This document shows, piece after piece, positions 1 to 8,154 of a DNA stretch of 19,513 nt. Positions within the stretch are counted from its first letter, which is position 1, and each line of letters begins with the position of its first letter. The notes under the pieces were generated by a model, which saw only the letters and a list, made by a program, of their open reading frames with translations, was not told the origin of the DNA and searched no databases. The stretch comes from Acidobacteriota bacterium (GTDB taxonomy: Bacteria > Acidobacteriota > UBA6911 > JACQSX01), in assembly GCA_036507075.1 (NCBI GenBank), contig DASXQR010000023.1, positions 1-19,513 of the forward strand, written 5' to 3'. The translations under genes and the position numbers were made by a program.

Positions 1-10
1 TAACCGCTTC

Positions 11-50
11 CCTTCATCCCCCTTCATCCCCCTTCATAACCCTTCCTTCC
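11..50. repeat. 10-nt tandem repeat (CCTTCATCCC) x4, degenerate
   Basis: ccttcatccc ccttcatccc ccttcataac ccttccttcc read directly; any partner arm would lie outside the window. Confidence 0.8.
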
Positions 51-90
51 CCCAATTGGCAGATGTAAATTAAGGGAGTCGGGGTGACCC

Positions 91-1047
91 TTGGCAAACA
101 AACCTGATCTGAGCGGGCACCTGGAATTTGAATCTGTTCCGCTGGCTAAGACAAATCTGCAGCAATTAGACAGGCTGCTCACCGAAGAGGTTGCAGCGTG
201 GAGGATCAAACTTCACTGGGATTACAGTCGAACCGCCGACTTGATTCGGGAATATGCGCAGGCCGGCGTGATTCCGGGCCTGGGCCTGCTGCATCGCGGC
301 CATCTCTGGGGTTACGGGTATTACATGATGCGCGACGGGCTCGGCTCGGTGGGCGACATTTTCGCTTCCCAGTCTTGCCCGGAGCCGGAGGCCGCAGGTG
401 AGTTCATTTTCTCAAGAATGCTGGGAGAAATGATTGACCACAGCGATTGCTGGAGGATCGAAGGTCAGCTCTTCAGTCTGGCCCACGCATGGGGCGATAT
501 TCTGCAGGCAACGGCACTGAAGCACAGGCCGCGCATTTACATGAGAAGGAATATTTCGCGCGGTGCGATTCAAAGCTCGATTGTGCTGCGGCCCTGGGAG
601 AATCACTATCTTCCCTCCGCTGCAAATCTGCTCTTTTGCACTTATCAGGACCATCTCGACAGTGAAATCTCAGCCTGCTATCAGAGCGTCAGGAATTGTT
701 CGGAGTTTCTGCGGAACCTCGTTTTGATGCCAGGCTGCGGTGATTTCCTGCCTTCAGCCAGTGCCGCACATATCGACGGCCGTGGAAATCTGGGAGCATT
801 TATCCTGATTACCAGAATTGAGCCCAAAACCGCGCTGGTGCCGCAACTTTGCGTCCGCCCGGACCTGGAAGGCAAGGGTATCGGAGGCAGCCTCCTGGAA
901 AATGCCTGCGGCTGCCTGAAGCGCATGGGTTACCAGCGAATCTTTCTTTGTGTCACCGGAGCTAATAAGAGAGCTCGGCAACTATATCTGCGCCATCAAT
1001 TCACCGACGTTCAGGATTTCAGTGCGTTTTATTGGAACCGAGTCTGA
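91..1047 (+). CDS. GNAT family N-acetyltransferase (probably two GNAT-like domains)
   Basis: 318-aa ORF; C-terminal acetyl-CoA motif LCVRPDLEGKGIGGSLL and N..A..LY...F (GANKRARQLYLRHQF); TTG start uncertain. Confidence 0.85.
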   Translation: MANKPDLSGHLEFESVPLAKTNLQQLDRLLTEEVAAWRIKLHWDYSRTADLIREYAQAGVIPGLGLLHRGHLWGYGYYMMRDGLGSVGDIFASQSCPEPEAAGEFIFSRMLGEMIDHSDCWRIEGQLFSLAHAWGDILQATALKHRPRIYMRRNISRGAIQSSIVLRPWENHYLPSAANLLFCTYQDHLDSEISACYQSVRNCSEFLRNLVLMPGCGDFLPSASAAHIDGRGNLGAFILITRIEPKTALVPQLCVRPDLEGKGIGGSLLENACGCLKRMGYQRIFLCVTGANKRARQLYLRHQFTDVQDFSAFYWNRV

Positions 1048-1055
1048 TAGTTGCT

Positions 1056-1083
1056 TTTGTGACCTTTGTGCCTTTGTGCTGAA
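1056..1083. repeat. Solo arm of the CTTTGTG-type repeat element
   Basis: tttgtgacctttgtgcctttgtgctgaa resembles the right arms at 15638-15668 and 5116-5132/5344-5357. Confidence 0.6.
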
Positions 1084-1127
1084 GATTTCATGGGCGGACT
1101 TTCAGAAGCAGGAATCAGGAGAGGCTG

Positions 1128-1346
1128 ATGAGAATTCGAATCTACGGAAAATCTACCTGACCCTATACCACGGCAGCCCGTGAGGACTATGCCAAGCGAG
1201 GTTATCAGGTCGACTACTTTGATGTGAAGCAGGACAGCAGGCGGCTCGAGGAGATGTTGAAACTGATTCCTGGGGATCGCCGCGTCCCGGTAATTGATGA
1301 GGGCGGCCGCATCACCATCGGCTTCGGCGGCACCTGAGGCGTGTAA
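1128..1346 (+). CDS. Small glutaredoxin-like selenoprotein with two Sec (UXX-star type), 72 aa
   Basis: AGGAGAGG SD then ATG 1128. Translation MRIRIYGKSTUPYTTAAREDYAKRGYQVDYFDVKQDSRRLEEMLKLIPGDRRVPVIDEGGRITIGFGGTUGV*, with TGA at 1158-1160 (the C of glutaredoxin CPY) and at 1335-1337 (two codons before TAA). Cis-Pro motif RVPVI and IGF are present. Confidence 0.88.
1162..1185 (+). promoter_or_regulatory. Candidate bacterial SECIS for TGA 1158
   Basis: Hairpin CACGG-CAGC-CCGTG (1169-1182) with outer CCT/AGG pairing just 3' of the TGA. Confidence 0.5.
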
Positions 1347-1353
1347 TTCCCGA

Positions 1354-1366
1354 TGCCGGTTCGGCA
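1354..1366 (+). promoter_or_regulatory. Candidate bacterial SECIS for TGA 1335 (in the 3' UTR)
   Basis: TGCCG-GTT-CGGCA hairpin with G-containing apex about 21 nt after the TGA. Confidence 0.55.
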
Positions 1367-1453
1367 ATTTTCACAAAGCAAAAATTGTTTTCAAGCCGAT
1401 GTTGAATGTCAGAGAAAAGCCGAGCCGTAGTTAAGAAGCACCCACAAAGGGCT

Positions 1454-1667
1454 GGCACGCGAAGCACAGAGCCACGTCCCGCAAGGGCGTGGTGGGGGTC
1501 AGGTAAGTCGGCTTGCGCGCTCTGCCGGAATCGGGCGCCGAGCTTATGATGTCTACCAAGTCGAACCAGGTGAAACCGACGGGCGATGAACGATATTTCC
1601 CCATGCGGTCCGACTCACCCTGTCCCCACCACGCCCTCGCGGGACGTGGCTCTGTGCTTCGCGTGCC
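1454..1667. repeat. Long inverted repeat (REP/REPIN- or MITE-like)
   Basis: 1454-1497 and 1624-1667 are reverse complements at 43/44 nt; imperfect pairing extends inward to 1511/1610; each arm has an internal CCACG..CCC-GCAA-GGG-CGTGG hairpin. Confidence 0.85.
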
Positions 1668-1758
1668 GTTCCCTAATTGGCCTGTTGCCCTCGCCTGTGT
1701 GCTGTCCCAAGCCCTTGTCGGAAAAAACCCGGCGACCAAAAAAGCCGCCTGCAAAATC

Positions 1759-1767
1759 TGCTATCAT
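1759..1767 (+). promoter_or_regulatory. Putative extended -10 promoter (TG-C-TATCAT) for ferredoxin/thiC
   Basis: TGnTATCAT about 27-33 nt upstream of the ferredoxin start; no clear -35. Confidence 0.5.
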
Positions 1768-1793
1768 TGGGAGATCCGGCATCATGAGAGCGG

Positions 1794-2027
1794 GTGAGCT
1801 TGGCGGAAAGAAACTTGCGGTGGGATGACAATTCTGAGGGCCGATTTTATACCGATCGGAGCTGCATTCTCTGTTGCCTTTGCGCGGAGATGGCGCCCTT
1901 CAACTTCAGAGAAAGTCTGGCCGGCGATCACGATATTGTTTACAAGCAGCCTGAAAACGCGGAGCAAGAACGGCAGTGCCTGGAAGCGCTGCTCAGCTGC
2001 CCTGTGAGTGCAATCGGCAATGATTAG
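1794..2027 (+). CDS. Small single-cluster ferredoxin
   Basis: FYTDRSCILCCLC...AP.NF...VYKQP...CPVSAIG (CxxCxxC...CP); the true start may be TTG at 1800. Confidence 0.9.
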   Translation: MSLAERNLRWDDNSEGRFYTDRSCILCCLCAEMAPFNFRESLAGDHDIVYKQPENAEQERQCLEALLSCPVSAIGND

Positions 2028-2124
2028 AATTTACGAATTGGAAAATTCAAAACATTCAAAATTAAATACCGGGAATCCTGAAACCTCGAATTCGCAATTC
2101 GCCAATTGTTTATAGGAGAATTAA

Positions 2125-4040
<1,916 letters not shown>

Positions 4041-4041
<1 letters not shown>

Positions 4042-5081
4042 TGCAGCGTAAATTCATCTCTGATTTCCAGGTCAATGAAGTTCTCACCACCTTCGCGATG
4101 ATGCGCTCCGTTCAAGTGCGCGTTCGCAAGACCGGCGAGGAGTTTCTTTCGCTGGAATTACAGGATCGGACCGGCGCCATCGAAGCCAGAGTCTGGGAAA
4201 TCGAGGACTCGATGCGGCAGCTTCGCCCGGGTGATTACGTCAAAGTAAAGGCACGCGTGGAGGATTACAAAGGCAGGCTTCAACTGATGGTGGAAAGAAT
4301 AAGGAGGATCACGGATAGCGATCGGGATCAGGGCTTCGACGAGTCCGATTGCATCATTTCCACGCCTTACGAGATAGAAGAGATGTGGAGCAGGCTTCTT
4401 GCTCTGGTGAACCGCGAGGTTACGGATCCCTTCGTGTCTGCGCTGCTGAAGAATATCCTTGAAAGCACCGCCGTGAGTTTTAAGTCTTACCCGGCTGCCC
4501 AGGAAATCCACCACGGATATCGCGGCGGGTTTCTGGAGCATGTCTTGTCGGTCACAGAGAACTGCGTCTATTTTGCAAACCACTACCCCGACGCTGACAA
4601 GAATCTTCTTGTGGCAGGCGGGATTCTTCACGACATTGGCAAGCTGGAAGAGCTCACGCCTGCCCCGGCCATTGAATATACGACAGCAGGTCGCCTGATC
4701 GGTCACATCGTGCTGGGCAGAGATCTGGTCCGGCGGGAGGCAGCAAAAATCGAAGGTTTCCCCGAACAGACCCTGCTGCTGCTTGAGCATCTAATTCTCA
4801 GTCATCAGGGGGATTACGACTGGGGTAGCCCGAAGCGGCCGAAGGTTCTGGAAGCGCTGATTCTCCACTATCTGGACGATCTTGATGCGAAGGTAAACCA
4901 TTTGCAGGGGGTCCTCCGGGCGCACCGCGGGGACAGCGAGTTTACCCATTATGACCGCATCCTTGGGCGGGTTCTCTTCAAGCGCAAACAGGCGTCCCCT
5001 CCGGATGAAACCCTCCAGCCTCGTGAAGAGGCCGAACTGCAGGGTGAGCTTCAGTTGGAACTGCGCCATCCCGACGAATGA
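4041..5081 (+). CDS. YhaM/Cbf-like 3'-5' exoribonuclease (OB-fold + HD domain)
   Basis: N-terminal OB fold (LQDRTGAIEARVW), PAA..IHH...GGFLEH, LHDIGK, GRLIGHI, HLILSHQG..DWGSP..P, DDLDAK; ATG overlaps the thiC stop (TGATG). Confidence 0.92.
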
Positions 5082-5357
5082 ATCACCACAAAGATGCAAA
5101 GAATGATGCAAGGCTCTTTGTGCTCTTTGTGTAACACGTTGGCAACTTCTTGTTTTTCTGGCAAAGTTTTTTCAAAGCCGTCTACGTTCACGAGCACGTG
5201 CACGTCAACGTCCGCGACTACGTTTACGATTTCGCTCGGTTCGTCCAGGCCGTCGTGATCGTGGACCTGAGACGTAGTCGTTGACGTGCACGTGCTCGTG
5301 GACGTGGACGGCTCTTTGGTTGCAGCCCACGGCCGGGCTGTGTCTTTGTGGTGATTC
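5080..5357. repeat. Nested repeat element: outer CACCACAAAG/CTTTGTGGTG arms interrupted by a 211-bp insert
   Basis: Perfect 15-bp inverted repeat 5080-5094/5343-5357; TGTGT at both 5128-5132 and 5339-5343. Confidence 0.8.
5176..5313. repeat. Hairpin with hexamer-repeat arms (CACGTN-like)
   Basis: 5176-5210 and 5279-5313 are reverse complements at 33/35 nt; both mismatches are U-G compatible on the + strand. Confidence 0.85.
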
Positions 5358-5469
5358 TTTTTGTTTTGAATCACGACAAACTCTTTAATCACTGAAATTA
5401 GCGCCATTGAAAAAAAAAGAAACTTTTTCTGCTTTGCTTGCATCTGAACTAGTACTCACCTCCTTAACG

Positions 5470-5503
5470 ATTGGGCGCTCTTCGGGGCGCCCAATTATTT
5501 TTT
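5470..5503 (+). terminator. Intrinsic terminator
   Basis: 11-bp stem ATTGGGCGCTC/GGGCGCCCAAT, C(UUCG)G tetraloop, followed by TATTTTTT. Confidence 0.85.
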
Positions 5504-5585
5504 GTGGCAGAAAATTCTCTCCCGGCCAATCGGTTCAGCACTTTCAGGTGACAGCTCCGGGTCTGCCCTGATAACCTGCAAGTCC

Positions 5586-5942
5586 ATGGATCGCATCGTT
5601 ATACGGGGATTGAAGTGTGAGCTGAGAATTGGAGTGGAAGCCGTCGAGCGGCAGTACCCGCAGATCTGTCTCGTGGATCTGGAAGTGAAACTCGATCTGA
5701 AATCGGCCGGAGAAACCGACTCGGTAGAAAAAACTGTTGATTATGCACTCCTCTGCCGCCAGGTCCGCGACATCGGACAAGCGCGCGAATACCATCTGGT
5801 AGAAGCCTTTGCCGAGGCGGTCGCCGGCGTGGTGCTGTCCCATGAACCGGTAAAGCAGGTTCGCGTCTTTGTTGAAAAAACGCCGCTCCCTTTACAGGGG
5901 AAACTTCAATCAGTCGGGGTTCAAGTCAAACGCAGCAAGTAG
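5586..5942 (+). CDS. folB: Dihydroneopterin aldolase
   Basis: MDRIVIRGL...IGV...ER...Q...VDL, DSVEKTVDY, LVEAFAE, VRVFVEK; start set at ATG 5586 by family N-terminus. Confidence 0.93.
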   Translation: MDRIVIRGLKCELRIGVEAVERQYPQICLVDLEVKLDLKSAGETDSVEKTVDYALLCRQVRDIGQAREYHLVEAFAEAVAGVVLSHEPVKQVRVFVEKTPLPLQGKLQSVGVQVKRSK

Positions 5943-5951
5943 CACGCCAGA

Positions 5952-7229
5952 TCAGGTCAGCTCAAATTCATTAAGCCTTATGCCGTCGGGCGCATAGAAG
6001 GTTTCGTGCAGTCGCGCACCATCAAATTTCAGCGCGACATAACCGTGGGGCGCATAGTCCTTCTCGTGCCCTTCAACGTACGGATTCTGGCCGTCCAGGA
6101 CGAGGCAACCCGGGATAGCCCCCTTTCCCACCAGCTTCCTCCAGAGGTACTGTTTTAGCGGCGGCAGGGAACCGAAATGATCATTGAAATGCGGATATCC
6201 TCCGTGGCCGATGCAGCGCCCATACATCCCCCAGTCAGAGCGTTGCTCATAAATCACGCATCGATGCTCATGTCCCCAGTACCACGCAAAGATCTTACCC
6301 GCAGCCAGGAATTCCTGAAGCCTGGTGCTCAGCTCGGACGTTTCGAACTTGTTCAGCAGCGAGAACGGCTGGTGATGGGAGAAAAGCAGGATCTTGCGAT
6401 TGGCCGCCTCCTTGATGATGCTCGACAGCCATTCCAATTGTCGCCCTGCCAGCGTCTTGTCCTTGTAGGCGGAATCCAGGCCCGCCAGGATCCAGTAATC
6501 ATTTTCGAAGGCGAAGTAACTCGCCGCCTGAGCGAACAATGGAGAATTGATGGCGTTAAAGTAGGCCTCACCCCCGGTGTACATTTCGTGATTGCCGTTA
6601 ATGGCTCTGTTAATCGCGCCCGTTCTTCTGGGCCAGTGCTTCAAAAATCGGTCTTTGATCTCGCCATCGGTCCCCGAGTAATAGACGTCTCCCAGATGGA
6701 GCACAATGTGGTAGTTGCCTCTGTATTTTTCGATACTTTCGCGGCAGGCGGGTGCCCCGTAACATCCGGTTCCCCAGTCTCCGAACACGGCCATCCGAAA
6801 GTTGTTGCGATTGAGAGGCTCAGGTTTCTCGTTCGCATCCACCCACGCGTGGGACGAAAGCCGCTTGTACCAGGTGAAGAATTGGCCGATCCAACCTGCG
6901 AAGTCGTGTTGGTCAAATTTCACTTCGAAAAGACCGCCCTGAAGCGGTTCGATGTTGTCGGGTCTTTCGGCAATTGCACGCTCCACCAGAAAGCTTTGGA
7001 GCAGGGATCCCAGCCGGTGGTCGGGCGACGCCATGACACTATCCCCCCGGTCCACCGCCTCAATCGCCCGCAATGCCTGGCCGAAGGCCACCAACAACGC
7101 GGCCTGGCTCTCCGGAGGGTCGCCTGCGAGCGCCTGCATGGCAGCCCCGCTTGCCGCCCCCATTCCGCCTTTCCAGGCATCGCGGATAGTCGAATAGCTT
7201 ACTAAAACGACATCCTTCTCCATGTCCAT
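5952..7229 (-). CDS. Calcineurin-like metallophosphoesterase (purple acid phosphatase-like motifs)
   Basis: GDWG, HLGDVYY, GNHE, HHQP, WGHEH motifs; start uncertain (TTG 7286, ATG 7229 or 7223). Confidence 0.88.
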   Translation of the reverse strand: MDMEKDVVLVSYSTIRDAWKGGMGAASGAAMQALAGDPPESQAALLVAFGQALRAIEAVDRGDSVMASPDHRLGSLLQSFLVERAIAERPDNIEPLQGGLFEVKFDQHDFAGWIGQFFTWYKRLSSHAWVDANEKPEPLNRNNFRMAVFGDWGTGCYGAPACRESIEKYRGNYHIVLHLGDVYYSGTDGEIKDRFLKHWPRRTGAINRAINGNHEMYTGGEAYFNAINSPLFAQAASYFAFENDYWILAGLDSAYKDKTLAGRQLEWLSSIIKEAANRKILLFSHHQPFSLLNKFETSELSTRLQEFLAAGKIFAWYWGHEHRCVIYEQRSDWGMYGRCIGHGGYPHFNDHFGSLPPLKQYLWRKLVGKGAIPGCLVLDGQNPYVEGHEKDYAPHGYVALKFDGARLHETFYAPDGIRLNEFELT

Positions 7230-7435
7230 GTGCGTTTTTTCCGCGGCAGGTGGGGAAATACTGACGGAGGCTTTCCGGTGTGTCAATGGCTATTGGAAAT
7301 GCCAAAGACAGGGCGCCGAGTATAGAAATGAGAACTGTAAGTGTCAGAGGCCCGATGGTTGAGCTGGCTTGGTGCCTTGGTGGTTAAGAAAAATTGATGC
7401 CGTTTAAGTCTCTCCGCAGCCGGCATGCCAGGACA

Positions 7436-7473
7436 TGATCGATTCCGAAACACCTCTGTCCCAAATGCGGACA
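7436..7473. promoter_or_regulatory. Putative tandem enhancer (bEBP) sites
   Basis: TGTCC-N7-GGACA (7457-7473) and a degenerate TGATCG..GAAACA (7436-7452), 21 bp apart, upstream of a sigma-54-like promoter. Confidence 0.5.
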
Positions 7474-7537
7474 TTTTGAATCGTCCGTCGTCTCGTAAAT
7501 ATCTGTTGGATCGATATTGTTTCTCTAACCCGCAAGA

Positions 7538-7553
7538 CGGCATGGTATTTGCT
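7538..7553 (+). promoter_or_regulatory. Putative sigma-54 (-24/-12) promoter
   Basis: CGGCATGGTATTTGCT: GG-N10-GC spacing exact, close to the TGGCACG-N4-TTGC consensus. Confidence 0.6.
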
Positions 7554-7611
7554 AACGTTTTACGGGCTTGGGTGGTAGGTGGTCCAATCACCCGTTCAAG
7601 ATTAAGGAGTA

Positions 7612-7983
7612 ATGATGAACAAATTGTTCTGTAGTTTTCTGCTTTTTGCGAGCCTGGCGGCCGCCGACCTTACCGGTAAGTGGACCGGAAGCTTTGACAC
7701 CACCGGCCCTGATGGAGAGATGAAACAATCTACCGCCTATATGGACCTGAAGCAGAATGGAAGTGAGGTCACCGGTACTGCGGGTCCCAATCAGAATCGG
7801 CAGTGGCCAATCATGAAAGGGAAAATCGACGGCGACCAGATCACATTTGAAGTTCAGTCGGACGGCCCGTTAATGAAATTTGAGCTTCGTCTGGTAGACG
7901 AACACCTCAAGGGAGAAGCCCACGCCGAGAGGGACGGCAAAACCATGAAAGCAAAACTTGATCTGACGAAGAAAACCGACTGA
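7612..7983 (+). CDS. Small secreted hypothetical protein (beta-rich)
   Basis: TAAGGAG SD; signal peptide MNKLFCSFLLFASLAAA then DLTGKWTG...LKQNGSEVTGTAG. Confidence 0.85.
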   Translation: MMNKLFCSFLLFASLAAADLTGKWTGSFDTTGPDGEMKQSTAYMDLKQNGSEVTGTAGPNQNRQWPIMKGKIDGDQITFEVQSDGPLMKFELRLVDEHLKGEAHAERDGKTMKAKLDLTKKTD

Positions 7984-8033
7984 GTATGGAAACTTTAGCG
8001 GCAGTTCGGCGTATGCGGAGGGCTAAATGGAGA

Positions 8034-8142
8034 GTCCGCTTGCTTACGCGCGCGGTTCGGACCTCGGTGATGCTCGTCCACTCTCCCGCTCCCCGCTCCT
8101 CCACTCTCCCGCTCTCCCGCTCCCCCGCTCCCCCGGCTCCCG
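8034..8142. repeat. Left arm of the inverted repeat bracketing the permease gene
   Basis: 42-nt GC-rich segment (36/42 match to the reverse complement of 10665-10706) followed by a (CTCTCCCG)-like octamer array. Confidence 0.85.
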
Positions 8143-8154
8143 AGGAGTAACCCA

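Noticed and set aside
80..125. GGGGTG...ACCC...AACCTGATC resembling part of a TPP riboswitch
   Set aside because: No CTGAGA element or closing P4/P5 pattern; overlaps the GNAT start and is 2 kb from thiC
950..1367. ORF-track entries 950..1183 (+) and 1029..1367 (-)
   Set aside because: Alternative-frame and antisense shadows of the selenoprotein gene, with no protein motifs
1431..1828. ORFs 1431..1754, 1513..1797 and 1586..1828
   Set aside because: They run through the long inverted repeat; the shared peptide RDVALCFAC on opposite strands is an artefact of the repeat
5051..5443. 130-aa minus ORF with a strong SD-like sequence upstream
   Set aside because: Low-complexity peptide (TSTSTCTST, VDVHVLV) comes from the hexamer repeats, and the SD is ~13 nt from the ATG
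6177..7205. 342-aa plus-strand ORF
   Set aside because: Antisense to the motif-bearing metallophosphoesterase
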